From positions 124,001 through 188,000 of IMG/VR virus record IMGVR_UViG_3300024502_000010: a stretch of 64,000 nt of DNA; one strand, written 5' to 3'. Positions 52,970 to 63,026 of the stretch are shown here, piece after piece. A program made the translations under genes and the position numbers. The notes below the pieces were generated by a model. It was given only the letters and a program-made list of their open reading frames with translations, had not been told where the DNA came from and searched no databases. Every line of letters begins with the position of its first letter. Within the stretch, counting starts at the first letter, position 1.

Positions 52970-55247
52970 ACTCTCCCTCCTCTACTGAACTTAACTCACT
53001 TAACAAATCTTGAAGATTGGGTTTCTCTTCTACTACCTCATCAGTTTTAATATCATAAGTGTTTTGGTAGTAAGAAGTCTTCCACCCGTACTTGTATGTA
53101 GTCAAAAAGTCTTGTGCCATCACGGACACTGGGACTTCATTATCCGTATAATTCTCCGGGTTATAGGACCAGTTGCCTGAGATTGCTTGGTCAAAGAATT
53201 TTTGCATCACAGCAACAATATTAATATAACCACGGTTACTAGGCATATCCCAAAGAAGCGTATACGCATTCTTGAGGGTATGATACTGTGGAACAATCTG
53301 TTTGAGTGGTCCCTTTTTACTTTTCTTAACGGACAAGAATCCGCGAGGAGGTTCAATTCCATTGGTTGCATTTGACACAACGGAACTGCTCTCCGAAGGC
53401 ATTTGTGCGGACAGTGTTGAGTGCCTGAGACCGTGTTCCAAGATGGATGCTCTAAGAGTTTCCCAATCATGCTGAAGTTGAACAGAAGAAATTTCATCTA
53501 CATCTTTTTTGTAAGTATCAATTGGAAGAATTCCATCAGCATACTTAGTGCGACCAAAGTATTCGCAATATCCTTTTTCTTTAGCAAGTTGATTAGATGC
53601 TTTTAGAAGATAATACTGGAATGATTCGGATAAACCATGAACTGCATCCCATGCTTCTTGGGAATCATAATTAAACCCAAGTTTTGCCAAATAGTGCGCT
53701 AACCCTATAAACCCTATACCAAGAGAACGACGCGCCTTGGTGGCGATTTCTGCCGCATCCACGGGGTAATTTTGATAATCAATCAACTCATCCAAACCGC
53801 GAACAGAAAGGTCACAAAGTTCTTCAAGTTCTTCATCAGACTTTACCTTTCCAACATTAATTGCAGAAAGAATGCAAAGTGCAATCTCACCCATCTTGTC
53901 ATCAATATGCTGAAGAGGGTCTGTTGGAAGAGTAATCTCTTGACAAAGATTACTCATATTAACTTTGTCTTTAAAAGAAGAATGAGAATTGCAGTGGTCA
54001 ATATTCATAATGTAGACTCGACCCGTCTCTGCGCGTTCTTTAAGAAGGCTAAGGATGAGTTCTTGTGCTTTAATAGTTTTTTTCGCAATGGACGGATCTT
54101 TTTCATATTGTACGTAGAGAGAATCAAACTCAGGGAGTCCAAAGCTATCATAAAGTCCAGGGACATCATGTGGAGAGAAAAGCGTGATCTCACCGTCTTG
54201 AATAAATCTTTCATAGAACAACTTGCTAATTTGAATGGAGTAATCAAGTTTGCGGACACGATTATCTTCCGTTCCCTTGTTATTCTTAAGGACTAAAATA
54301 TCTTCTATTTCTTGGTGCCAGATTGGGAAGTGGACTGTCGCGGATCCACCTCGTATGCCATTCTGCGTGCAACATCTGACAGTTGCTTCAAACTTCTTGA
54401 GAAATGGTACAACACCCGTGTGTTGAACTTCTCCCCCTCTGATTTTGCTGTTGATGCCACGGATCCTACCAGCGTTGATGCCGATTCCCGCCCTCTGTGC
54501 AACGTATCGACCAATAGCCATATCACTGCTAAAGATAGAATCGAGGGTGTCATCAACATCAACAAGAACACAACTAGCAAATTGTCGAAGTGGCGTTCTA
54601 ACTCCTGCCATGATGGGAGTTGGGATGTTGATTTTGTGTTTGGAGATTGCGTCATAATACCTCTTTACATATGACATTCTAGTTTCTTTTGGATACTCAG
54701 CAAAGATAGTCAAAGCAATCATCATATACATGAACTGCGGAGTTTCATATACTCCACCGCCGCTTCTATCTTGCACAAGGTACTTATCAACGACTTGACG
54801 TAAACCCGCATAAGTGAAGAGATAGTCGCGGTCATGATCAATATATGAATCAGCCCTATCAATCTCTTCTTTCGAGTACTTATTGAAAATGTCATTATCA
54901 TAAACTTCATGATTAACACATTGGTAAATGTGTTGCTCTAGAGTTGGGAGTTCTTTCATCTTTCCATAAAGTTGCTTACGAACAGCAAACAAAAGAAGAC
55001 GAGCAGCAACATACTGATAATTTGGATGATCCAAATCAATCAAGTCACTAGCAGAGCGAATCAAAATTTCCTGAATCTCCCCCGTAGTAATACCATCATA
55101 AAATTGAATGCCAGAAGTCATTTCAACTTGACTCGCAGATACACCTGCAAGACCCTTACATGCCTCTTCGACCATCAAATGCATCTTGTCTAAGTCAAGA
55201 GACTCAATTCGACCATCACGCTTTTTAACCTTTGTACCGTTGCTCAT
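52950..55247 (-). CDS. nrdA: ribonucleotide reductase class Ia alpha subunit
   Basis: ATP cone; PTPIMAG, FASCVL, SNLCQEI and MPSESSS motifs; no intron or intein. Confidence 0.98.
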   Translation of the reverse strand: MSNGTKVKKRDGRIESLDLDKMHLMVEEACKGLAGVSASQVEMTSGIQFYDGITTGEIQEILIRSASDLIDLDHPNYQYVAARLLLFAVRKQLYGKMKELPTLEQHIYQCVNHEVYDNDIFNKYSKEEIDRADSYIDHDRDYLFTYAGLRQVVDKYLVQDRSGGGVYETPQFMYMMIALTIFAEYPKETRMSYVKRYYDAISKHKINIPTPIMAGVRTPLRQFASCVLVDVDDTLDSIFSSDMAIGRYVAQRAGIGINAGRIRGINSKIRGGEVQHTGVVPFLKKFEATVRCCTQNGIRGGSATVHFPIWHQEIEDILVLKNNKGTEDNRVRKLDYSIQISKLFYERFIQDGEITLFSPHDVPGLYDSFGLPEFDSLYVQYEKDPSIAKKTIKAQELILSLLKERAETGRVYIMNIDHCNSHSSFKDKVNMSNLCQEITLPTDPLQHIDDKMGEIALCILSAINVGKVKSDEELEELCDLSVRGLDELIDYQNYPVDAAEIATKARRSLGIGFIGLAHYLAKLGFNYDSQEAWDAVHGLSESFQYYLLKASNQLAKEKGYCEYFGRTKYADGILPIDTYKKDVDEISSVQLQHDWETLRASILEHGLRHSTLSAQMPSESSSVVSNATNGIEPPRGFLSVKKSKKGPLKQIVPQYHTLKNAYTLLWDMPSNRGYINIVAVMQKFFDQAISGNWSYNPENYTDNEVPVSVMAQDFLTTYKYGWKTSYYQNTYDIKTDEVVEEKPNLQDLLSELSSVEEGECESCAV

Positions 55248-56212
55248 ATTTTCTTCCAGGTAGTAAATTTAAGTTTTGCTTCTAATCCAGAGTAAGTATT
55301 TGATTCTATCACAGACTGAACATCTAGTCCAGATAAAACCATATCATTAATATCTTTTTCTTTTATTCTTGAGGGCCAGATGACAACTTTTTGTCCACTA
55401 CTAATAACTCTGGAGATTCTAGAGTGGATTTCTGCATTACGTGGTTCGTTATCGTATATCCAAACACAATCGCGAATATTCCACTTAGTAATATCACCGT
55501 CAGCTCCGCAAAGAGCAATCGAGTTGCGAATGAAAGTTGAGTCGAATGGACCTTCGGTGATGTAGACAGTTTCACTTTTTTGGACTTCATCGAGACCATA
55601 GATTTTTGGTGCGTCATCGTTAAGCATTACTGTAATGTATTTTACCTTGCTGGGACCAAGTGCTCTTCCCTGAAACCCGACTAGATTATTTTGATAGAAC
55701 AAAGGAATGATAATCCTTGGTTCATCTTTATCTGTGCTGTCGAATGTTTGGTGAAGAGAGTTAGTCCACTCCTTAAATTTTTCGGCGTAATAATAGTTAT
55801 CTGGATTTAATTTTCTACTTTCCAAATAACTCTTTGCGTCAGTATTTGCTGATGCTTTAGGTAGATTTAATTTTGGTTTGAACTTAGGTGCCTCAAATTT
55901 AAATACTGGTTCTTCTACAGTAAAGTTTTTTCCAGTATGACCTTCCTTAAACTTTTCAAATGTATATTGTTTGTATATTGCAGTATCAATTTGTTTTAAA
56001 AAGTTATTAAAGGATATATTGAGACCGCAATTGTGACATTTAAAATTTGTATTATTTTTTACCTGATACAAATATCCCCTTGCTTTATTCTTATTCTTTT
56101 GAGAATCTCCACAAATAGGACAACGAAAATTATAAAGGTTGTGCTTTACCTTTTTAAATTTTTGAAATCTGGAAGAAATCAAATTGATGTATTTAACATC
56201 AACAAAATCCAT
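55244..56212 (-). CDS. T4-like DNA primase (gp61)
   Basis: CPICGDS zinc finger; TOPRIM EGPFDS and YDNEPRN motifs. Confidence 0.95.
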   Translation of the reverse strand: MDFVDVKYINLISSRFQKFKKVKHNLYNFRCPICGDSQKNKNKARGYLYQVKNNTNFKCHNCGLNISFNNFLKQIDTAIYKQYTFEKFKEGHTGKNFTVEEPVFKFEAPKFKPKLNLPKASANTDAKSYLESRKLNPDNYYYAEKFKEWTNSLHQTFDSTDKDEPRIIIPLFYQNNLVGFQGRALGPSKVKYITVMLNDDAPKIYGLDEVQKSETVYITEGPFDSTFIRNSIALCGADGDITKWNIRDCVWIYDNEPRNAEIHSRISRVISSGQKVVIWPSRIKEKDINDMVLSGLDVQSVIESNTYSGLEAKLKFTTWKKI

Positions 56213-56378
56213 GACAATACACTTAGGAGTCTACTTATTCTACCAGATTATTGAGTCTTGTCAATACACAAAACGGTTATGAGAGCGGTCCATTTTATAA
56301 CCGAATTTGTTATTTTTTGGAGAGAATAAATCGTCGTCTTATTTTTAGTTTTCACTGGCATCTTGTGCCAACACTCAA

Positions 56379-56726
56379 TTATTTATTTCTTACTTGTTCT
56401 GTTAGAGAATTTACTGAAGAAGTTATAAAATCTGTTACAACTGGAACAAATAATAAAGCAACAGCAACTATACCTGCTGCCATCCATTTAAATCTAGAAA
56501 GTTCGTCTACTTTTACTTCCAACTTACCCATTTTCTCATTGATATCTTCATCACTTCTGACACAGTTAAAAATTCTTTCGTCATGTACCGCAAGCATCTT
56601 ACAAATGTTTTGATTAGTTTCACTCAAAGTTTGGATGGCAGCATCTACACGCTCAACCATTTCCTCATGGATTTTTACTCTTTCTTCAAGAACTGCAACC
56701 TTGATCTTTGAGTCTTGTCCAAACAT
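56379..56726 (-). CDS. coiled-coil protein with C-terminal TM helix
   Basis: ORF track. Confidence 0.75.
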   Translation of the reverse strand: MFGQDSKIKVAVLEERVKIHEEMVERVDAAIQTLSETNQNICKMLAVHDERIFNCVRSDEDINEKMGKLEVKVDELSRFKWMAAGIVAVALLFVPVVTDFITSSVNSLTEQVRNK

Positions 56727-56730
56727 TAGT

Positions 56731-56946
56731 TTACTGCGATGGTTTGTTTTTCATCCAGCGTTTGCGGGATCCCACTCCTAAAGATGCATATTTTTTTCTT
56801 CTCGTTAAACCCATAACAGGATCAAAACCAGCAGTTGGACCTTTTGGTTCAGCAGATGCACTAAACCCAGGAGCACCAGCAGAAGAACCAGTTACCATCT
56901 GCTCTCTAACTATTTGAATTATCCAGTCCAATTTCTTCTTTTCCAT
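56731..56946 (-). CDS. hypothetical protein
   Basis: ORF track; IIQIVRE and GPTAGFDP motifs. Confidence 0.7.
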   Translation of the reverse strand: MEKKKLDWIIQIVREQMVTGSSAGAPGFSASAEPKGPTAGFDPVMGLTRRKKYASLGVGSRKRWMKNKPSQ

Positions 56947-57319
56947 TGTAGATTTTATAGAGTTCAGAGAGGCAGTTTATGTCAACTTGAATATCATGTA
57001 TATAACATTTTGGATATTCGGGTAACCTATTAAGAAAAATAATGAAGGTTTTCATGGCAGACCACAACTCTCTTTCTATTTTATAGAAAAGCATTGGAGT
57101 TGCTGCCTCCCCAAAAATATTATAAAGAATAATAAAATGATTAAGAAGAAGGTGAGTTTTTAACTGACCAGTATTCTTATATCGTTTCAATAATCTTTTA
57201 ATATATTTGAAATGATTTAAATCCTTTTCAAAATCTTCTTTGGTTACTGCTTGAGGATTTTCATAATGTTTAATAGCGAATAATATAAAATTATCCTCAT
57301 TCAACTCATTAAAAATCAT
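56906..57319 (-). CDS. conserved T4-like phage hypothetical protein
   Basis: F..FAIKHYENP...F..DL..FKYIKRL. Confidence 0.8.
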   Translation of the reverse strand: MIFNELNEDNFILFAIKHYENPQAVTKEDFEKDLNHFKYIKRLLKRYKNTGQLKTHLLLNHFIILYNIFGEAATPMLFYKIERELWSAMKTFIIFLNRLPEYPKCYIHDIQVDINCLSELYKIYNGKEEIGLDNSNS

Positions 57320-57322
57320 AGA

Positions 57323-58075
57323 TTATAGAGCAGGTGGATAATTTGTATTTCCAGTAGTAATTCCAGACATTGCAACAAGAACTTCCTTCCTAACTCTCAG
57401 ATTACCTTCACTATCTTTATATGTCGTAATACCGACCCAACCACCATGAGTTAACTCATAGCGAGTTGCTGATGCCGCAGTAACAACAGTTCCATTAGCA
57501 CCAATAACAGCAGTCTCACGACCACCAGTTACCCTTGAGAAAGTAACTAAGTTTCCAGCAGTAATTGCAGTTGCGATGGTTGATGCAAGAGAAACTGAAG
57601 TTGATCCAACAGATGCGACAACCTTAGAAACAGCTCCACTGGCAAGAGTATCTCCAGCAACAACACCAGCAACACTATTAACTAAAACTATATCAGTTCC
57701 AACACCTGCAGTATAAGTTGCGGATGTCTTAAGGAAGGTATAGTTTTCAGTTACTGACCCAGTTGACTGATTTAAATGACTATCTAAAACTGCATACTTA
57801 GGCGATTCGCTAATTTCAAATGCAACTCCAGAAATAGCAGACCCATTTAATCCTGCAGTTGATGCAATAGAAAGACTCGTCGTACTTGCAATACCAACAA
57901 TTACAGCATCACCGTAGTGAACACCAAATGCAGTACCAAATCTAATCACATCTCCAGTTGCAGCAGCACCTACTTGACCAAATGTAGTTCCACTGCCAGT
58001 TACAGTAAGGGTTGCATAATCAAGAGATACTGTACCACCAGATCCTTTAGCATCATTATTTCCCCAGAGTGCCAT
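57323..58075 (-). CDS. late Gly/Ser/Thr-rich structural protein
   Basis: MALWG start; HGGWVG..RVRKEVLVAM end; late box TATAAATA. Confidence 0.75.
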   Translation of the reverse strand: MALWGNNDAKGSGGTVSLDYATLTVTGSGTTFGQVGAAATGDVIRFGTAFGVHYGDAVIVGIASTTSLSIASTAGLNGSAISGVAFEISESPKYAVLDSHLNQSTGSVTENYTFLKTSATYTAGVGTDIVLVNSVAGVVAGDTLASGAVSKVVASVGSTSVSLASTIATAITAGNLVTFSRVTGGRETAVIGANGTVVTAASATRYELTHGGWVGITTYKDSEGNLRVRKEVLVAMSGITTGNTNYPPAL

Positions 58076-58129
58076 GTTCTTTCTTCCGTAAAGTTATTTG
58101 CTAAAAATTATTTATAAAAAAAAGAGACC

Positions 58130-58294
58130 TTACTTTTGGTCTCCCTTATGTAAAACAACTCTCAAAAAATTAGTTGTTAAATCAAGCAATCCATTCTCCT
58201 CAAATCTTTTTGTTTTTGCCAACCACTCGGATGTAGTTAGTAATAGACCAAGAATAATGGTTACTCCCCAGTTAGTTACAAGGCAGGTAATCAT
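58130..58294 (-). CDS. 54-aa membrane peptide (holin-like size)
   Basis: ORF read by hand (MITCLVTNWGVTIILGLLLTTSEWLAK...). Confidence 0.55.
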   Translation of the reverse strand: MITCLVTNWGVTIILGLLLTTSEWLAKTKRFEENGLLDLTTNFLRVVLHKGDQK

Positions 58295-58464
58295 GCTTGT
58301 GGTGTAAAGAGTTTATCCTTTACTAAATCATAAACGACATTATCAATACTGTTATCGGTGCTATCAACATACTTTTTAAGTAGGTCAAGAACAAGACCTT
58401 TAACAGCTGGATGAGTTGCAATCTGAATAAGAAGTGGTTTTACCACTGCTACTACTGCGCCCAT
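58291..58464 (-). CDS. 57-aa hypothetical protein
   Basis: ORF read by hand (MGAVVAVVKPLLIQIATHPAVK...); SD GGAGGA; late box. Confidence 0.65.
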   Translation of the reverse strand: MGAVVAVVKPLLIQIATHPAVKGLVLDLLKKYVDSTDNSIDNVVYDLVKDKLFTPQA

Positions 58465-58518
58465 AATGTCCTCCGTAAAAGAGTATCCAAAGATATTTAG
58501 GATTTTTATATAACAGAT

Positions 58519-60819
58519 TCACTTCATATATTTTTGCATTTCTGGATTATCTCTATAGTTAATCCTTCTATCATACTTATTTGCGACATCTGCAACATTT
58601 CCTAAAAGAGGAACTCCCTTGAGACCTTTAGCAAGTGCTGCAGATGCAGTTTGTGGTTTAGATTTAGCAGTAGCAGGTTTTGCTACTGGTTTTGCTGCAG
58701 GAGGTTTCTTATCTGGAGTTACGCCAACAGTAGTTTGACCACCACGTTCTTTACCCAAAAGTTGATTCATAGATTGTTTATTTGGTTTAATCTGTGAACC
58801 AGAACCAACTCTTTGATTATGTCTATTTACATCGGACTGAGAAACTCCTGGTTTAAAACTTCCAGGAACTGTCTTACCAAAAACTTTCTGAACCGTTCCA
58901 GCCTGTGTAAATTTTGATCCAGAATTATATCCTGCTTGAGTTTTTCCAGCAACAACTCTACCAGTTCCTAAGAATTCGTTAATATTTTGCTCTGCGATTT
59001 TCTTTGCCATTTTAGTAGCAGTCGCATACATTACTTCTTTACCGCGACCAGGATATCTCTTCTCAAAGTCTCCTGCCTTGGACTTCATTGACTTAACGAT
59101 TCTTTCCTTTTCTTTAGTCTCCGCAGAGGTTAGGGTTTTTTCATCAATTATGTTTCCATCAGGTTCGTAATGAGCAACCATTGTAGAAGGCTTTTTCTTT
59201 AAACTTGCCTGAGGTAGATTTAACCCCGGTGTTGGACGAGGAACATCTCCAGGAATTCCCCCTTCCCATGCACCAGATCCACCTGTTTTTTGTGCATCTT
59301 TTCTATACCACTGCCCACCAGCAGTTCTACCATATTTATTAGGAGCATACTCAGCTTCATCAATATGCACTTCCTCACTTCTTACACTTGCAAGAAGATC
59401 ATCTAACTTAGACTTTCTTTTTGGTTTTGCTTTTGGTTTTGTCTTTTCTTTAGCATCAATTTTTGCTTTTACTTCAGCAGGTGATGGAGATCCTTTTCTT
59501 GCTTTTTTAGCTGGTCTCCCCTCTTCTTTTTTGGGAGGAGTTGTTGCACTTCCTTCCCATGGGTCAGCGGGTTTTTCTGCTTTCTTAGGTGCTGCCGTTG
59601 GTTTTGGTGCCTCTTTTTGTGCTTTTGATTTTGAAGGTTTGCCACCTTCAATCTTACGAGCAACATTTCTTGCTCCTCTTGATACCGACCTTGCGGCTTT
59701 TGCAAGACCTCTCTTCAATTTTGAACCAATTCTCGAAAGAAGACCTGGTTTTTTATCTTCTCCATCTGAAGTTGATTTACCACTACCAGAATCTGAAGTA
59801 GTTGAAGTTCCTGAAGTTGTAGTTGATGATGAAGAAGATCCACTTCTACCTCTCTCATAACCTTTTCTTGCTGCAGAACCCAGTGCTCTTGCTCCTCTTA
59901 CTGCAGCACCAGCTGCATATCCAAGTCCACCAGCAATTGCTTTACCAACTTTCTTTACAGCACCTTTGACTTTTTGAAGTCTATCACTCTTAATATCAGT
60001 GTCGTGACCATAAGTAACTTTTGCCTCATTTAAAAGTGCAGAAGAAATTTCAAGAGATTCAAGTAACTCATTTTCAATATCATTGATATCATATCCTTCT
60101 TCAATACACTCATAGAAAAATTCTTGGACAACTTCTTCAATTAAAGAATCTGACAGTAGGAAAATTTCCATGTCTGACATTTCATCAAGAACTCCATTGA
60201 AATCTTCAATCTCATTCATTTCAAGAAGAGTTCCACCAAGTTCTTCAATTTTTTCCCCAAGATCAAGTTTTGGATTGATGTCAACTTTATTGTTAACTTC
60301 CTTTTCAACTACTCTTGGTTCTTTACCTTCACCTTTAATCTTATCTGCAACTTCAATTAAATCATCTCTCCAATTTGAAAAACTCTCTTTTCTAACGCCA
60401 ATTGCTTTTCCACGAACTTTTCTACGATGCTTCAGATATTCATCAGACTTATCTACATCACCATCATTGTCAATATCCGAATCTTCTTTTCCTACAGGAT
60501 CAAGTGCTTCTTTTTGGGTTGCAATTGCTTTACCAATTGCTTTACGACGCTTATGGAGGTACTTATCTGACTTATCTACATCACCATCATTGTCAATATC
60601 CGAATCTTCTTTTCCTACAGGATCAAGTGCTTCTTTTATTTTTTTCTTATCTCTCATTGCCTTTGCTTTAGCAAGAGTTCTTTCTCTTGCAGCATCCTGC
60701 TCAGACTTAGGAATAGCAGTCACTGCACCAAGTCTCTCGGCGGGTTTACCGGGAACCGCAGATTCGACAACCTGCTCCAAATAAAGTTTGGAGATATCTT
60801 TTAAATTATTGGAGTTCAT
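58519..60819 (-). CDS. large late modular low-complexity protein
   Basis: Alternating basic and acidic modules; duplicated DIDNDGDVD motif. Confidence 0.8.
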   Translation of the reverse strand: MNSNNLKDISKLYLEQVVESAVPGKPAERLGAVTAIPKSEQDAARERTLAKAKAMRDKKKIKEALDPVGKEDSDIDNDGDVDKSDKYLHKRRKAIGKAIATQKEALDPVGKEDSDIDNDGDVDKSDEYLKHRRKVRGKAIGVRKESFSNWRDDLIEVADKIKGEGKEPRVVEKEVNNKVDINPKLDLGEKIEELGGTLLEMNEIEDFNGVLDEMSDMEIFLLSDSLIEEVVQEFFYECIEEGYDINDIENELLESLEISSALLNEAKVTYGHDTDIKSDRLQKVKGAVKKVGKAIAGGLGYAAGAAVRGARALGSAARKGYERGRSGSSSSSTTTSGTSTTSDSGSGKSTSDGEDKKPGLLSRIGSKLKRGLAKAARSVSRGARNVARKIEGGKPSKSKAQKEAPKPTAAPKKAEKPADPWEGSATTPPKKEEGRPAKKARKGSPSPAEVKAKIDAKEKTKPKAKPKRKSKLDDLLASVRSEEVHIDEAEYAPNKYGRTAGGQWYRKDAQKTGGSGAWEGGIPGDVPRPTPGLNLPQASLKKKPSTMVAHYEPDGNIIDEKTLTSAETKEKERIVKSMKSKAGDFEKRYPGRGKEVMYATATKMAKKIAEQNINEFLGTGRVVAGKTQAGYNSGSKFTQAGTVQKVFGKTVPGSFKPGVSQSDVNRHNQRVGSGSQIKPNKQSMNQLLGKERGGQTTVGVTPDKKPPAAKPVAKPATAKSKPQTASAALAKGLKGVPLLGNVADVANKYDRRINYRDNPEMQKYMK
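60446..60637 (-). repeat. perfect 69-bp direct repeat (60446-60514 and 60569-60637)
   Basis: Identical copies 123 nt apart, encoding KEALDPVGKEDSDIDNDGDVDKS. Confidence 0.95.
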
Positions 60820-60820
60820 C

Positions 60821-62122
60821 TTAAAAAGTACTTGCTTTTTTTGCTTTATACTTATTTATGAAATTGATACCATAAGCCTTGCCACCCTTCTGCAAATATT
60901 GTTTATTAGTTCCCACTGCACCGGGAGTTTTTGATGCATAATGCTTAAATGCCCCCAATGTACCAACAAGAGTATTTGGATGCTTTTCGTCTCTCATTGG
61001 ACTATCCATTTGAACTTCGGTATATTCCATCACATCTTTAATCCAAGACTTAAACATATAACCCTCTTCAGTCACACAGATTAAATGATTGGTTCCCCTA
61101 CGCATTACTTCACCAATCAAACCAGTATTAAGGTTTTGAACTTTATCACCGATTCTGAAAATTTTACCTCTCACATAATTCTCACGAAGATTTCTCATAT
61201 CATACTTTGGAGCAATCTCCCATAAAGCAAAACTTTCCTTTTTGATTGCTGACTTTTTAACACCCATTCCCTGACGAACAGCATTGAATAAACCTTGAGT
61301 TTCTGCATCATCAAGAGACTTTGGAGTGCCTCTTCTAAAAGATTTAAAATCGCCATCAATAACTGCCTTTCTCATCTTCGATGCCGACATTCCCTCAACA
61401 CCCTCAGCATCAGCATCACGAACACCAGCAGAGATTACCCTAATTTGATCAAAGGTATAAAGTTCTCCATTATACTTTTGTGCCAGATTTTCAAACTCTG
61501 CTTGCCTATCTGAACCAACAACAATATTGACATTAGTATACCCGTCTTCATTAGCGGTAATGAGAACATTAAAAATTGTCTTCATTTCCTTATCATTAAT
61601 AATGTTCTCCTCGAACTCAGGGAACATTTTCTTCATATAAGAAACTTTACTATCAGGGTCTAAAGGATTCTTCTTTGGATCTTGAGACCTTGAAGGATAA
61701 ATCTTAATATCTCCACCGGCAGAAATTCTCTTTGCTGACTTGAGAAGTTTTTCGTGCCCCACTGTTGGTGGATTGAAGCGACCAAATACAACAGTGAGTG
61801 GTGGAAGTTCTTCTGCAGGTTGCTCTTCGGGTTCTTGTCCTGGTGCTGCTTGAGGTTGTGGTGCAGGTTCTTGTGCTGTAGCGATTGGTTGAGGAGATGG
61901 TGCTTGTGCTGCTTGAGGTGCTTGTGTCTCTGGTTGTTTTGCACCTTTTGCTTGGCGACCATCAATATATTTAAGTTTCCCCTTCTCCGTTCTCGCAATG
62001 ACTTTACCGGAACGGTCAATCCATCCACCATGACCATCACCAACCAATCCAAGTTTTTTCGCTTGCATCGCTGCTTGCGATTGTGTTGCCTCAGACAAAA
62101 ACTGAAAGAAATTTTTCATCAA
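60821..62122 (-). CDS. cytidylyltransferase-like (HxGH nucleotidyltransferase) protein
   Basis: FGRFNPPTVGHEKL, VVGSDR and MSASKMR motifs. Confidence 0.85.
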   Translation of the reverse strand: MMKNFFQFLSEATQSQAAMQAKKLGLVGDGHGGWIDRSGKVIARTEKGKLKYIDGRQAKGAKQPETQAPQAAQAPSPQPIATAQEPAPQPQAAPGQEPEEQPAEELPPLTVVFGRFNPPTVGHEKLLKSAKRISAGGDIKIYPSRSQDPKKNPLDPDSKVSYMKKMFPEFEENIINDKEMKTIFNVLITANEDGYTNVNIVVGSDRQAEFENLAQKYNGELYTFDQIRVISAGVRDADAEGVEGMSASKMRKAVIDGDFKSFRRGTPKSLDDAETQGLFNAVRQGMGVKKSAIKKESFALWEIAPKYDMRNLRENYVRGKIFRIGDKVQNLNTGLIGEVMRRGTNHLICVTEEGYMFKSWIKDVMEYTEVQMDSPMRDEKHPNTLVGTLGAFKHYASKTPGAVGTNKQYLQKGGKAYGINFINKYKAKKASTF

Positions 62123-62159
62123 TGTATTTTAACGCACTTACCTGTCTTTTAGTTATTTA

Positions 62160-62849
62160 TTACTTTGCATATTGTGCAAGTAAAAAATCAACTCCTTTAT
62201 CAATATCATACTTTGATTTTGGTGGTTTATTTGTGATTTGCAATGCGGTTGTAAATCTATAATTATAGATTGTTCCACTCCCACCTCTTTTCAACCTCAA
62301 TCTAATTCTCAAACCAGGATTAAATTGAGGAACTGGAAGACCGGCAGGGTTTGCTGCCATATAATATAATCCATATCCACCAATTTGAATATAATAAGTT
62401 TGTTTAGAACCATAGTAACCCCATAAAGCACTTGATTTAATTGGTAAAAATGCATCAGTAAATCTCGCATAGTCAGATTTTACCATATCATCAGTCATTG
62501 CTTTATTATCAATGATTCCTTTATTTGGTGGTCCTTTAGGTCCCCATTGCTTATTTGCAAAATTTTCAATGCCAACAGTTCTCATTAAATTTCTAAGTTC
62601 TTCAGCTGCGGCAGTTTTTGCTCCACCAAGAACCCATCTTCCATTCTGATATTCTAAGGTTCCTTGACCATAATCGGCTTTCAAATCAAGTTTTACTTCA
62701 AGTTTATATGGTTTTTTATTATATAAAAACATTGCGTCTGGTGCATTAGAATCAGAACCTGCTGGAGTAAATCCCGGAGGCACTAATTTTTTAGACAACA
62801 ATTTTCTATGAATTTTACCTTCGTAGATAAACCCCTGTTCGCCAGCCAT
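62160..62849 (-). CDS. putative PD-(D/E)XK nuclease
   Basis: G..YE..I, PDA and LEVK spacing. Confidence 0.5.
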   Translation of the reverse strand: MAGEQGFIYEGKIHRKLLSKKLVPPGFTPAGSDSNAPDAMFLYNKKPYKLEVKLDLKADYGQGTLEYQNGRWVLGGAKTAAAEELRNLMRTVGIENFANKQWGPKGPPNKGIIDNKAMTDDMVKSDYARFTDAFLPIKSSALWGYYGSKQTYYIQIGGYGLYYMAANPAGLPVPQFNPGLRIRLRLKRGGSGTIYNYRFTTALQITNKPPKSKYDIDKGVDFLLAQYAK

Positions 62850-62886
62850 TTATACAAATACTCTTTCAAGTATTTATTATTCTGTA

Positions 62887-62958
62887 TGGAGTGTAAGGAA
62901 ATCGAATCCTTATTGCTGGAATGCAAATCCAGAGTAATAACCGTTATACGAACACCCC
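62887..62958 (-). tRNA. tRNA-Ala(UGC)
   Basis: GGGGUGU/ACACUCC with G3-U70; CUGGA-UUUGCAU-UCCAG. Confidence 0.9.
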
Positions 62959-63026
62959 GTGTTTAGATATTATAAAACCCCTCAACTGAAAAGTCAAGGG
63001 GTTAGAGCAACCTTCCGACTTATTTA

